Source: an uncultured Bifidobacterium sp.
GTDB lineage: Bacteria; Bacteroidota; Bacteroidia; UKL13-3
Assembly (NCBI GenBank): GCA_964442045.1
Contig: CAYTWI010000004.1
Coordinates: 2,273-66,272 of the forward strand
Length of the DNA: 64,000 nucleotides
Reading direction: 5' to 3'
Shown here in pieces: positions 21,888 through 32,561 of this stretch. Below the pieces are notes generated by a model. That model saw only the letters and a list, made by a program, of their open reading frames with translations, did no database searches and had not been told where the DNA came from. The stretch's first letter is position 1, and each line of letters starts with the position of its first letter. The position numbers and the translations under genes are program-made.

Positions 21888-22442
21888 TTATATTCGCATA
21901 CAGGTTTTTTGCGTTACAATGGTATCTATCCATTGCTGTTGTTTAACTGCATCAAAGTATTTGGCAGGTGTTTCCAGTTTACAAAAGCGTATATTTTTTT
22001 CTTTGCAATGATTGGCTATTTGCACTACCTGTGCTTTTGCATTGCTTATACCTGCAAATGTTTTACGCGTAAAATAAACGGCTTTTAAATGGCTTAGTTC
22101 ATTGATCAATGAAACTATATCTTTCCATTCATGTGCATGCTGGTCTATAAAAATATCATCCAGGTTATTTTCTTCTCCTTCGGGTACTTCCAGACTTTCA
22201 ATAATGTCGGCAAAATCAATTTTATACGTTTTCATAAACGATTGCTTATGGCTTAACGGTGCTTCTTTTAAACTGGGTAAACCCCAGCAAACAGGTAGTA
22301 AATGCCATAAATAATTACGTGGTTTTCCAAAAAAGAAATCTGCCCCATCTTTAACATCATGACTAAATGTACCTAAAATAAGTATTTCAGTACTGGAGTT
22401 AACTTGGTATGATTTAAATTTATTATAAACTATGGACATCAA
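21888..22442 (-). CDS. Hypothetical protein (possible UDG-superfamily-like fold)
   Basis: 184-aa ORF. …ILILGTFSHD…FFFGKPRNYLWHLL… vaguely resembles a uracil-DNA glycosylase-like family. Confidence 0.35.
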   Translation of the reverse strand: MMSIVYNKFKSYQVNSSTEILILGTFSHDVKDGADFFFGKPRNYLWHLLPVCWGLPSLKEAPLSHKQSFMKTYKIDFADIIESLEVPEGEENNLDDIFIDQHAHEWKDIVSLINELSHLKAVYFTRKTFAGISNAKAQVVQIANHCKEKNIRFCKLETPAKYFDAVKQQQWIDTIVTQKTCMRI

Positions 22443-22517
22443 TGTTATCTGTTAAAAGAAGCAGACTACTCCAAATGGGTTTAGGAGTAGCCTGCTTACG
22501 TGTATTATTATTTGGTT

Positions 22518-25500
22518 TTAATTTTTTACTAATTTATAAATATTGGTTTCTCCATTGGTAACTATAAGCACATTATACATACCGGTAGCAAGATTAGCTA
22601 AATTATCCAGATTAATGAATTGCATACCTGTAGGTGATGAAATAGTTCTTTCCGAAACAATACGTCCGTTTATATCCGTAATCTTCACCTGCACATGTGT
22701 TACAGTTTTATTACTTTTGAATGTAATTTTAAGTGTATTGTCAAAAGGATTAGGTGCAATGGTTTCCACTGTATGATTACCTTTGCTCATATTGACAACT
22801 ACAGTAGCTGAGTAAGTAAATGTGCCATCCATATCAACTTGTTTTAACCTGTAATACAAAGTTGGCTGGACTAAGGCCGCAGCTTCGGCATCAATAAAAT
22901 TATAGGTATTCAAACGAGTACTATTGCCTGCTCCTTTAACAGTACCAATGGCTGCAAAGTTTACATTATCAACTGAGCGTTCTATTGCAAAATAATCGTT
23001 GTTTATTTCGCTGGCTGTTGCCCATGTAAGCAGTACTTTATTGCTGCTTTCTTCTCCTTTAAAGCTCATTAACTCAACAGGGAAAACCGTATTTGCAATA
23101 CTGAATGGAGAGAATGCGGTAATACCTGAAAGGGTTTGCGTATAAGGATTTGAACCCGTTGCTGCTGAAGGAGGATTAACTACCCAAAAACTTCCGTTGT
23201 AACGGGATACAAAGCAAGCAAAACGAGTAAAACCCGGTAACTCCTCTATTGCATTCCACTGCAATGTTACCGTTGCATTGCTCCCTCCTGCTGTCCCTTC
23301 ATTGATAATCCAGGTGCGGCCTACAATATTGGCAGTTATCCTGGTACCCACCGCTGACGACCCTGAATAGTTAACCGTTGCGCTATCAAATAAGCGTATG
23401 GTAAAGTTATCGGTTGTTCCTGCATTAATCAGTTTAACCGGATTGAATGTAGTGTTGCCTACAGGTATTATTACATTACCTGTTTTACCGGTACTGCCTA
23501 CTCCGTTTACTATAACTGAACCTGTACCGTTGGTTTTTATAAAACTGCTTGCACTGCCTCCATTGGCATATGAACTTGCACCCAATGTTAAATTGTTAGA
23601 ACCTAGTGTAAGTAAACCATTTATTAACAATAATGAATCACTTAGCGTAACGGCTCCCCCGAATATAGCTCCTGCGTTATTGTTTATTTGCAACTTAGCA
23701 TAATTACCTGCTGGTATTATTTGTTGTGAGCTTCCATTGAAATTTATCTTAGTACCATTAGTACTGGTAAAAAGTCCATTATTGATAAACGAATCCAATA
23801 AAGTTAATTGCGCGTTTGTTCCAAGTAAAGCAATGTTTGCACCACTATTTATATTTAACTTATTTACAGTTACAGGTAAACTTATAATTGGGTAATTAAA
23901 TGACAGTGCCGGAATAGTTACATTGCTATTGTTGCAAGGAACAACTCCATTTGACCAATTGTCAGGGTCTGCCCAATCATCACTAATAGAGCCATTCCAT
24001 GTTGAATTTTGATTGATATCTACTTTAATGGCTGTAGAAGTATCGGCAGCACAAGCACCTGATGTTACTTTTCTTCTAAACCACATGGCTTGTGTTAATG
24101 CTGCCGGTGAATAGTTTTGTGTATTCACAGTTCCGGATGCTACGGCAAATCCTGCAGTAGCACTTGTTGTTGAACTTAACCATGAATAAGTATAAGTAGT
24201 ACTATTACCTCCTGTTGGCGTTGAACCTGTTATGGTTGTTGGTACTGAACCTGAACAAATAATTTGTGGCGAGGAAGTAATACTGTTGTTTGCAACAGGT
24301 GCGGTAACGTTAACAGTAATTAATGCTCTTGTACTGATACAACCTGTTATAGCATTGCTGTCGGCTACATAATAAAGTGTAGTGCCTGCTGATGTGGTAA
24401 CTGGTGTTGGTGCTATAGTGCTACCTGCTCCACCTGAAGAACTCGCAAACCATAACAAGGTATTAACTCCTGTTGCTGTGAGTGCTGTTGCTGTTGCATT
24501 CTGGCAATAAGTTACAGTTGGTGTAACAGTTGGAGCTAATGGTTTTACTTTTACGGTTACAGTTAGGGTATCGTTTGTATTTACTTCGGTTGACGCTCCT
24601 GCCCATAACTTAAATGTATAAGTACCGGGAGTGGTCATGTTATAATTGGTTGCAGGGTTAACAGTTATTGAATCGCCTGAAGCAAGAGTTCCGGTACTAA
24701 TTACAGTAGCAGGTAAAGTGGTAGTAACATTTAACGGATTTGTCACACTTACCCGCACACTTAAGTTATTGCTTGCAAAATTCTGCGCGAGTATACCTAC
24801 ATTCATTACCCTTAATGAAATTTGCTGGTTGCTGATTGTATCAAGACATCCTGTTAAGGGTGTTAAAAGCTTCGTTACACTAACATCGTTTGCAAGTTCC
24901 AAACGAGGTTCTATCATAAAACGGTAAGGGCTGTTTGTTATACTAAAATCAACCCAGTTATTGCTTCCTGTTGGTGATGTATAATAAAATGTTTTATCGC
25001 GGACAGGATTTTCATTTTGAAATCCAAAACTAGCATCAGTAGTGTTGAACTGAATAACACCTACGTAAAAACTACCTGAAATAGACAGTTTAGGATTAAC
25101 AGGAATGACATTTAAACCTGTTACAGAAGTAAAGCTTGCCGACTGCCATAATAAGGTGCCGGGTGTTCCTGTAGCTGATGTATCCCATATACCAATTTTT
25201 ACTGATTGACCACCTCCAAAAAAGTTTACGCCTATCTGGTTTATTTTGTTAGTGCCCGTATATTTAAATTTGGCTACAAAATCACCTGTGGCACCTGTAA
25301 AGCCTACCCCCCCTAATGAAGGTAAAGTAGGATCAGCATAGTTATACGAATTGAGGTTAACGGTTTGGTTAAATGTTTTTGAATTATTGCTGCTTACGCT
25401 ATCAGCGGGGACGCTTACTGTAAGTATATTATTACCTGTATTGGCAGGACTAAAACCAGCAAAGTCAACGTATCTAAAATTGCCACCGGGTAGCAATGTA

Positions 25501-26321
25501 TCTATATAACTGATAGTGGTAAATGTATTGGCACCGGTAATGGTTAGTGTAATAGGCCAATTAAATAAGGTATCTTTTCCTTTATTGGTTATCCTTGTTC
25601 TTACCACATGTGGGTTGGCATAAGGAATAGGCAATTTACCTAAGCTGTAAAGCTCATCAACCGAAGCATCAATTTTTTTCGGAACAACTCCCAATATGAC
25701 CTGTGCACGAAAATTACTGTTCAGATTCAGCGTGGCAGGCAAGGATGTTCCTTGTGCATTCCATTGTCCTCCGGTAATATCTATATTGCAATTATAAGTG
25801 GCAGCAGTAGAGGTCGTAGAAGGCGTCCATTCGTAAGCAACATATATACCTGCTCCTGTATAAACAAATGGCGTAGTTAGTGTCAATGAATAAACGGTGG
25901 CTGAAGCCGGAATAGTCATAGACCCATTATACACCAATGTCATGGCAGTAGGCGTAGTAAGTAAAGTAGCCCATGTAGTGCTTCTCATATTGGCAACGTC
26001 TGTAGTATTCACCAAATAAATTTTCATGGTACCAGTTACGCTTCCTCCTGCAGTATGAACACTCCAACCAACTCTGCCTATGGTATCACCAGAAGAAAGA
26101 TATGGCAGTAGCTCAGAAGCTTTGTAAATAGTGTTACTTCGATGGTACAATGATGTATTAGTAGGGCCACTCCCACTTCCTGAATTTCCATTGGCAATAG
26201 CCGGAATGGTAAATGTATTATACTGGGCAACCGAGCGTATGGTACAAGTAACCAATAAAGCAATAAGCAATAAGGTGTGTACATATTTTACACCCAATAA
26301 AAGCCTGTTGTTTTTTCTCAT
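22518..26321 (-). CDS. Giant secreted cell-surface protein, Thr/Ser-rich repeats, with a C-terminal T9SS (Por) type-A sorting domain
   Basis: About 1267 aa from MRKNNRLLLGVKYVHTLLLIALL (signal peptide). The C-terminus …KITDINGRIVSERTIS…GMYNVLIVTNGETNIYKLVKN is a canonical T9SS C-terminal domain. The track ORF starts further upstream at 26357. Confidence 0.75.
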   Translation of the reverse strand: MRKNNRLLLGVKYVHTLLLIALLVTCTIRSVAQYNTFTIPAIANGNSGSGSGPTNTSLYHRSNTIYKASELLPYLSSGDTIGRVGWSVHTAGGSVTGTMKIYLVNTTDVANMRSTTWATLLTTPTAMTLVYNGSMTIPASATVYSLTLTTPFVYTGAGIYVAYEWTPSTTSTAATYNCNIDITGGQWNAQGTSLPATLNLNSNFRAQVILGVVPKKIDASVDELYSLGKLPIPYANPHVVRTRITNKGKDTLFNWPITLTITGANTFTTISYIDTLLPGGNFRYVDFAGFSPANTGNNILTVSVPADSVSSNNSKTFNQTVNLNSYNYADPTLPSLGGVGFTGATGDFVAKFKYTGTNKINQIGVNFFGGGQSVKIGIWDTSATGTPGTLLWQSASFTSVTGLNVIPVNPKLSISGSFYVGVIQFNTTDASFGFQNENPVRDKTFYYTSPTGSNNWVDFSITNSPYRFMIEPRLELANDVSVTKLLTPLTGCLDTISNQQISLRVMNVGILAQNFASNNLSVRVSVTNPLNVTTTLPATVISTGTLASGDSITVNPATNYNMTTPGTYTFKLWAGASTEVNTNDTLTVTVKVKPLAPTVTPTVTYCQNATATALTATGVNTLLWFASSSGGAGSTIAPTPVTTSAGTTLYYVADSNAITGCISTRALITVNVTAPVANNSITSSPQIICSGSVPTTITGSTPTGGNSTTYTYSWLSSTTSATAGFAVASGTVNTQNYSPAALTQAMWFRRKVTSGACAADTSTAIKVDINQNSTWNGSISDDWADPDNWSNGVVPCNNSNVTIPALSFNYPIISLPVTVNKLNINSGANIALLGTNAQLTLLDSFINNGLFTSTNGTKINFNGSSQQIIPAGNYAKLQINNNAGAIFGGAVTLSDSLLLINGLLTLGSNNLTLGASSYANGGSASSFIKTNGTGSVIVNGVGSTGKTGNVIIPVGNTTFNPVKLINAGTTDNFTIRLFDSATVNYSGSSAVGTRITANIVGRTWIINEGTAGGSNATVTLQWNAIEELPGFTRFACFVSRYNGSFWVVNPPSAATGSNPYTQTLSGITAFSPFSIANTVFPVELMSFKGEESSNKVLLTWATASEINNDYFAIERSVDNVNFAAIGTVKGAGNSTRLNTYNFIDAEAAALVQPTLYYRLKQVDMDGTFTYSATVVVNMSKGNHTVETIAPNPFDNTLKITFKSNKTVTHVQVKITDINGRIVSERTISSPTGMQFINLDNLANLATGMYNVLIVTNGETNIYKLVKN

Positions 26322-26444
26322 AATTATATGCCATTGATTGATGCATATATAGCGCAAAATTTCTTAAAATAATTAACATATACCGCGCTGTTAATGACTT
26401 AACGACTATTGAAACCAACAAAATTTTCAGTGTTTCATCAAAAC

Positions 26445-27593
26445 TTATTTATTAGCTCCTTCTATAAAATCTTCCGTCTTCTTCCCATCATAACGATACA
26501 ACCCCTGATCTCTGGTACCAAACCAAATATTACCTGTTTTATCTTCTACCATGGTCCATACCCTGCTGCTCTTTAAAGCATAGGTTGAAAAGGAAATAAA
26601 TTTTTTTCCGTTGTAAATAGTTACACAACCTCCATTGATTTTCATACTGCCTACACTGCCTATCCAAATATTTCCTTTGCTGTCTTCCAGCAAAGCATTT
26701 GCGCCCCTATCGCAAAAGCCCTCTTTTTGGGTAAAATGTTCAACGTTACTTCGATTATAAAAATAAACTCCATCATCATGGGTAGCCATCCATATATTTC
26801 CCTGCCGACTTTCTATCATGTAAAATATATGCCCTGTGGCTCGACTTTTAAATGTTTTGCCATCATAACTAAACACATTATTACAGTCTTTTCCTAAAAC
26901 ACTGAACCAAATATTTCCATTGTTATCTTCCATAATATATTGAACCATATTATGAGGAACAGTGTTATTGCTTTTTAAGCTATCGCTTGGTATTTCATGC
27001 CATGTACTATCAATTCTTATAAAATGCGTAAATGTTTTTCCATCAAAACGACACAAACCTTTTTGCGCTGTACCAAACCACATATTGCCTGTTCGGTCCT
27101 GCATAATACAATACACCGTTTTGTTAACCCGAAAACCATTACGGAGTTCATCACCAAAATTTAGTGAGGTAGCAAAAAAGATATTGCTTTCCAGTGGAAA
27201 GGGAATAAAGCCATCGCCTGTGTTGCGAAAAACGCCTTTTTCTGTTCCTGCCCAAATGGTTCCGTGCTGATCTTCCAACAAGCTAAACACCGCTACATTG
27301 GGCAAGCCATCTTTTTCATCAAAATGGGTAAAGCTTTCTCCATCGTACCGATAAATGCCAAAACCGGTAGTACCAAACCAAATATTACCTGCCTTATCTT
27401 TCATAGAACAACGAAAGCTGGCATTTGGGTTTGAACCGGGAGGTATAATAATTTTAGGAGTTCCTACCTGAACTGTCTTTGGTTTACTTACTTTGCTATC
27501 GGGTAAATTTTGGCCATAACGAACAGTGGTAAAAACAATGCAAAACAACAGTAAATAAAATGTTTTCATAATAGATTTAAATGGATATAACAA
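26445..27593 (-). CDS. Secreted two-component-regulator-propeller (Reg_prop) repeat protein, stand-alone
   Basis: 382 aa. Repeated GNIWFGT…GL.RYDG units are the Reg_prop (PF07494-like) repeat. It has a signal peptide and no kinase domain. Confidence 0.6.
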   Translation of the reverse strand: MLYPFKSIMKTFYLLLFCIVFTTVRYGQNLPDSKVSKPKTVQVGTPKIIIPPGSNPNASFRCSMKDKAGNIWFGTTGFGIYRYDGESFTHFDEKDGLPNVAVFSLLEDQHGTIWAGTEKGVFRNTGDGFIPFPLESNIFFATSLNFGDELRNGFRVNKTVYCIMQDRTGNMWFGTAQKGLCRFDGKTFTHFIRIDSTWHEIPSDSLKSNNTVPHNMVQYIMEDNNGNIWFSVLGKDCNNVFSYDGKTFKSRATGHIFYMIESRQGNIWMATHDDGVYFYNRSNVEHFTQKEGFCDRGANALLEDSKGNIWIGSVGSMKINGGCVTIYNGKKFISFSTYALKSSRVWTMVEDKTGNIWFGTRDQGLYRYDGKKTEDFIEGANK

Positions 27594-27703
27594 ACCTAGT
27601 GCTTAAGGAAAACACATTTTGTTAGCGAGTAGTTATTAGGGTGTTATTGACTTGTTAACATCAGCCATACACTACAAAAAATAACTACTTTTGAAATACT
27701 TTC

Positions 27704-29065
27704 ATGAAACCAAACCGGACTTATTTATTCATAGTTATTTCTTCTGTTGCCCTGTTTATCGTTTTGATTATACAGGTGAACTGGATATTGCAGAGCGCAA
27801 AAATAAAAGAGGAACTGTTTAATGAAAAAGCCAACATGGTGCTTTCTAAAACAGCTGATGCATTGCTTGCCGACAAAGAAACTTACAGAAATTTAGCGGC
27901 TGCCAATATGGTACTTTCAAAAAAAGTAAATGCATTGCATGCTGATACAACAAGTTATAAAAACCTGCCCTCACAGGTAAGCGAAGAAGATACGTATAAA
28001 ATAGACTCCTTGTTTAATCATTACATGAAAGTATATAATATACGTATTGATTATTTTTTTGAAATAAAAACAGCGCCTGCTCAGCTTAACAACCAGGTAG
28101 CATGGGCAAACACAGGTACTAAACCCGGTACAGGTAACGCCAAAAAAGAGAACAGCTTCAACCAAACGGATTCCTACCAAACCTGTATTGGTGATGCGAA
28201 TGATAAGAACAACCTGGAGCTAAAGCTGGTATTTCCGGGCAAGGAACAATTTATTATTGCGGAGATGGGTATACCTTTTATTACTTCTGTGGTACTAATA
28301 TTGGTGGTATTGGTAATGTCATGGAGAACCATTCTTTCCCTGTTAAAAGAAAAAAGAATATCAGAACATACAACAGACTTTTTAAACAACATGACCCATG
28401 AGTTTAAAACGCCTTTAACCAATATAGCTTTAGCGGGTAAAATGATGGTAAAGGATTCCAATATTAAAGAGGAAAACAGGATAAAGCATTACTCGGGAAT
28501 TATACTGGAAGAGAATGAAAAATTACGTCACCAGGTGGAACAGGTATTAAGCATGACAGCATTGGAAAGAGGTGAAATTCCGATACAAAAAACAGAAGTG
28601 GATTTCCATCAGCTTATTCATGATGCCATTAAATCTATCAGCATACAAATTGAAAACAAACAAGGGCATTTAACACTGAACTTAGCAGCTACACAATTTG
28701 TAATAATGGGCGACAAAACACATTTAACCAATGCCATCTGTAACCTTATTGACAATGCCATTAAGTACGCTAAAGAAAAGCCTGAACTATCCATACACAC
28801 CTTTAATAAAGGGCCGTACTTGGTATTGACAGTAGCTGATAATGGTATAGGTATAGCTAAAGAATACCATCAAAAAGTATTCGATAAATTTTTCAGGATA
28901 CCAACTGGCAATGTACATGATGTAAAAGGATTTGGCCTTGGTTTGGCTTATATAAAAGCCATTGTTGAACTGCATGATGGCACTATTGAATTACAAAGTA
29001 ATACTGATGACAACCCGCAAGGAAAGAAAACTATTTTCACCATTACATTAAGCAACCATGGCTAA
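27704..29065 (+). CDS. Sensor histidine kinase
   Basis: 453 aa with an N-terminal TM, an H-box NMTHEFKTPLTNI, and N, G1, G2 boxes (…NLIDNAIKYA…DNGIGI…GFGLGLAYIK…). Confidence 0.85.
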   Translation: MKPNRTYLFIVISSVALFIVLIIQVNWILQSAKIKEELFNEKANMVLSKTADALLADKETYRNLAAANMVLSKKVNALHADTTSYKNLPSQVSEEDTYKIDSLFNHYMKVYNIRIDYFFEIKTAPAQLNNQVAWANTGTKPGTGNAKKENSFNQTDSYQTCIGDANDKNNLELKLVFPGKEQFIIAEMGIPFITSVVLILVVLVMSWRTILSLLKEKRISEHTTDFLNNMTHEFKTPLTNIALAGKMMVKDSNIKEENRIKHYSGIILEENEKLRHQVEQVLSMTALERGEIPIQKTEVDFHQLIHDAIKSISIQIENKQGHLTLNLAATQFVIMGDKTHLTNAICNLIDNAIKYAKEKPELSIHTFNKGPYLVLTVADNGIGIAKEYHQKVFDKFFRIPTGNVHDVKGFGLGLAYIKAIVELHDGTIELQSNTDDNPQGKKTIFTITLSNHG

Positions 29066-29774
29066 AGAAAAACTGAAAATACTGGTAGCAGAAGATGATG
29101 CTAATTTAGGACTGCTCCTGGTTGACTACTTACACAGCGAAGGTTTTGAAGTAACGCTTTGCAAAGATGGTGAGCTGGCTTTAAAATCTTTTCAGGATAA
29201 CACATTCGATATGTGTTTGCTGGATGTAATGATGCCGAAAATGGATGGATTTACACTGGCTAAAAAAATGAGAAGAAAGGATAAAACGGCACCTGTTATT
29301 TTTATTACTGCTAAATCATTAAAAGAGGATAAGCTGAAAGGCTATGATTTGGGTGCTGATGATTATATAACCAAACCATTTGATGAAGAAGAATTGTTAT
29401 GGAAAATAAAAGCCGTTATCAGACGGATACCAGAAAATAAAAACAAGCAGGAAAGCGGCCTTTATGCAATAGGCAAATACACCCTGGACTTTAACAACCA
29501 GGCATTAAGTATAGCCGGTCATACCAAACGTATTACGGAGAAAGAAAGTGAAATACTTAAATACTTGTCAAACCACCGTAACCGTGTTATAAAACGCGAA
29601 GAAATGTTACAGGAAATATGGGGAAAGAATGATTACTTTTTAGGCAGAAGCTTAGATGTATTCATTACCAAAATTCGCAAATACTTAAAGGATGATGAGT
29701 CACTGAGCATAGAAAATGTTTTTGGTGTCGGGTTTATTTTAAACGTAGCACCCACAAGCGAAGCAAGTAACTAG
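29058..29774 (+). CDS. OmpR-family response regulator (receiver + winged-helix)
   Basis: 238 aa. The receiver has …DVMMPKMDG… and the phosphoacceptor Asp context (LLD). The C-terminus has a winged-helix trans_reg_C. It overlaps the kinase by 8 nt, indicating an operon. Confidence 0.85.
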   Translation: MAKEKLKILVAEDDANLGLLLVDYLHSEGFEVTLCKDGELALKSFQDNTFDMCLLDVMMPKMDGFTLAKKMRRKDKTAPVIFITAKSLKEDKLKGYDLGADDYITKPFDEEELLWKIKAVIRRIPENKNKQESGLYAIGKYTLDFNNQALSIAGHTKRITEKESEILKYLSNHRNRVIKREEMLQEIWGKNDYFLGRSLDVFITKIRKYLKDDESLSIENVFGVGFILNVAPTSEASN

Positions 29775-29797
29775 ATACAACTAAAATTCATTGCATT

Positions 29798-31405
29798 TTA
29801 TTGATGGAATTTCTCCCTTATTTTATACTCTTCCACATCAACCAAAGCCTGGTATTTACGCACCAGCTCTTCATCAAACTCCGCCTTATGGTTAATAGCA
29901 TCCAGCACACTGCGTTGGTGTTCCAACAAGCCTAAATAAATATCCTTGTATTCATTCCGCAATTGCTTGTGTACGTTTTCCGACTCATCAATCTCGCGGC
30001 TAAAAAAGTCGAGCTCAATTTTAAGCCGCGCTTTCAGGTTGTTTAAATGTTCATTCTTCACCGTGCCATCACCTGAGTTTTCTTCTAAGTAAGCCAGTGA
30101 ATAATGCGATATTTTTTTCTGAATAATCTGCTCTTGTTCATGCTCGGGCATAGTGGTAACGGAAGGGGTAAGATTTAGTTTCCTGACAATCCACGGTAAG
30201 GTTAGGCCCTGGAAAACCAATGTAATCATGATAACTATAAACGTAATAAATATAATGAGGCTGCGGTATGGAAAAGCCTGATTATCCTGAGCAAGCAGAG
30301 GAATAGATAATGCAGCAGCCAATGAAACCACACCACGCATACCTGCCCAACCTAAAACAAATGGCGACCTCCAACCCGGGTTGGCATCGGCTACGGTAAT
30401 AAAGTTACTCATAAACATGGTAAATGCCGAAGCCCCTAATGTGCAAATAAGTCTGGTTACAATAAGTATAACCGATATAATAACCCCATACCAGGTAGCA
30501 GTGGCCACACTTACATCGCCCAGCTGGTTAACAATTGATTTCAGCTGAAGACCTATCAATAAAAATATCAAACCGTTCATGATAAAAACACTGCTTGTCC
30601 AAACATTTACACTTTGAATACGGCTTATATAACTGAGCATACTCTGGCGTTTATTGGATAAAAACAAGCCACCACTTACTACCGCCAATACACCCGAAAA
30701 ATGAAAATGCTCAGCTGCATAATACATGCAATAAGGTGTTACAAATGTGAGTACAATTTCAATGCTTGGCGTTACCGGTAACCAACGATGGATAGCGTAA
30801 AAAACAAATCCCACTGCTAAACCAATTAATATGCCCAATACCACTACCAGAAAAAAACTGCTTGCAGCCTGCTGAAAATAAAACTGTCCTGTAATAACGG
30901 CTGCCAGTGCAAAACGAAAAACAATCAGTGAAGAAGCATCGTTCAGTAAACTCTCTCCTTCTGCAATACTCACTAACGACTTTGGTACTTTTACCTGGCG
31001 CATAATGGTAGTAGCCGAAATAGCATCAGGAGGAGAAATAATACCACCCAACAGAAAGCCCAAAGCCCATGTAAAGCCCGGTATAAGCTTGGTAGATACA
31101 AAGGCAATAACACCCGAGGTAAGAATAACGATAGGAAAAGCAAAGCTCATAATAACGCGCCTCCATTTCCAAAATTCCTTCCACGATATTTGCCATGCAG
31201 CTTCATATAAAAGCGGTGGCAGGAAAATAAAAAATATCAACTCGGGATTAATGGTAATGGATGAGAAATCGGAGAAAATACTCAGGCCCAGGCCACCGAT
31301 AACCAATACAATAGGATAGGCTACCTTCAGTTTATTAGCCAGCATCACCAAGCCCAATATCATTAAAATAAGAAATACATATTCTATAAAAGTACTCTGC
31401 ATCAT
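29798..31405 (-). CDS. Na+/H+ antiporter, CPA1 family
   Basis: 535 aa, polytopic, with a C-terminal cytoplasmic tail. It matches the NhaP-type Na_H_Exchanger family. Confidence 0.75.
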   Translation of the reverse strand: MMQSTFIEYVFLILMILGLVMLANKLKVAYPIVLVIGGLGLSIFSDFSSITINPELIFFIFLPPLLYEAAWQISWKEFWKWRRVIMSFAFPIVILTSGVIAFVSTKLIPGFTWALGFLLGGIISPPDAISATTIMRQVKVPKSLVSIAEGESLLNDASSLIVFRFALAAVITGQFYFQQAASSFFLVVVLGILIGLAVGFVFYAIHRWLPVTPSIEIVLTFVTPYCMYYAAEHFHFSGVLAVVSGGLFLSNKRQSMLSYISRIQSVNVWTSSVFIMNGLIFLLIGLQLKSIVNQLGDVSVATATWYGVIISVILIVTRLICTLGASAFTMFMSNFITVADANPGWRSPFVLGWAGMRGVVSLAAALSIPLLAQDNQAFPYRSLIIFITFIVIMITLVFQGLTLPWIVRKLNLTPSVTTMPEHEQEQIIQKKISHYSLAYLEENSGDGTVKNEHLNNLKARLKIELDFFSREIDESENVHKQLRNEYKDIYLGLLEHQRSVLDAINHKAEFDEELVRKYQALVDVEEYKIREKFHQ

Positions 31406-31478
31406 AAACGCAAAATAGTAAATTATGAATTACATTTATTAAAACAGAAATGAAGATACATTTGTTAACATTGCATAT

Positions 31479-32504
31479 ATGGAAATAGGAATAGATAGTT
31501 TTGCTGCCATGTTCAGCGAAAACACACCTGCTGCCGGGCTGAGTGATACTGATGCAATAGCGCAATTATTAGAAAGAATTGAACATGCCGACCGTTCAGG
31601 ATTAGATGTATTTGGCATTGGCGAACACCACCGCAAAGGATTTTTAGATTCAGCCCCTGCTATGATTTTAGCTGCGGCAGCATCGCGTACCAAAAATATA
31701 AAATTAACCAGTGCCGTAACCGTATTAAGTGCTGCCGACCCGGTAAGGGTATTTCAAAGTTTTGCCACGCTTGATTTAATTTCAAACGGCAGGGCTGAAA
31801 TGGTGGTTGGGCGTGGTTCCTTCATTGATGCATTCCCTTTATTTGGTTTAAACCTCGATCATTACGATGAATTGTTTATAGAGAAACTTCAATTACTGCT
31901 TCAAATCCGCGATAATGAATTTGTTACCTGGTCGGGTAAATACAGGCCTGCTATGCATAACCAACCTGTATACCCAAGGCCTTTGCAAAAAAAGTTACCT
32001 GTATGGATTGGTGTAGGTGGCACCCCCGAATCGTTTGTGCGCGCAGGTACTTTAGGCCTGCCTTTAATGGTGGCTATTATTGGTGGTGAAACACATCGTT
32101 TCCGTCCTTTAGTTGATTTATACCGACAAGCCGGAGCCGAAGCCGGACATGCACCGGAGAAACTAACAGTAGGCTTGCACTCATTAGGCTATGTGGCCAA
32201 TACAAATGAAGAAGCCATTGCAGATTTTTATCCGGGCTATGCAGAATCGATGACCAAGATTGGTAAAGAACGTGGTTGGCCACCCATGACCCGCAGCCAC
32301 TTTGAAGCACAAATGGGCGATAAAGGAGCTTTGCTGGTGGGCGGTTACGAAGAAGTAGCAGAAAAAATAATTCGCCATGCCAAAGCATTGGGCGGTATTT
32401 CGCGCCTTACCTTTCAAATGGACAGCGCAGGCCTGCAACATGATAAACTGATGCAAGCCATTGAGTTGATTGGAAAGAAAGTGGCTCCGATTGTGAATAA
32501 GTAA
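31479..32504 (+). CDS. LLM-class flavin-dependent oxidoreductase (luciferase-like monooxygenase)
   Basis: 341-aa TIM-barrel with the LLM pattern (…FGIGEHH…, …MVVGRGS…). Confidence 0.75.
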   Translation: MEIGIDSFAAMFSENTPAAGLSDTDAIAQLLERIEHADRSGLDVFGIGEHHRKGFLDSAPAMILAAAASRTKNIKLTSAVTVLSAADPVRVFQSFATLDLISNGRAEMVVGRGSFIDAFPLFGLNLDHYDELFIEKLQLLLQIRDNEFVTWSGKYRPAMHNQPVYPRPLQKKLPVWIGVGGTPESFVRAGTLGLPLMVAIIGGETHRFRPLVDLYRQAGAEAGHAPEKLTVGLHSLGYVANTNEEAIADFYPGYAESMTKIGKERGWPPMTRSHFEAQMGDKGALLVGGYEEVAEKIIRHAKALGGISRLTFQMDSAGLQHDKLMQAIELIGKKVAPIVNK

Positions 32505-32561
32505 ATGCATGGAAGATTACTAAAAATATAAATTTTTGTCCGTATCAAAATACAATGACAG

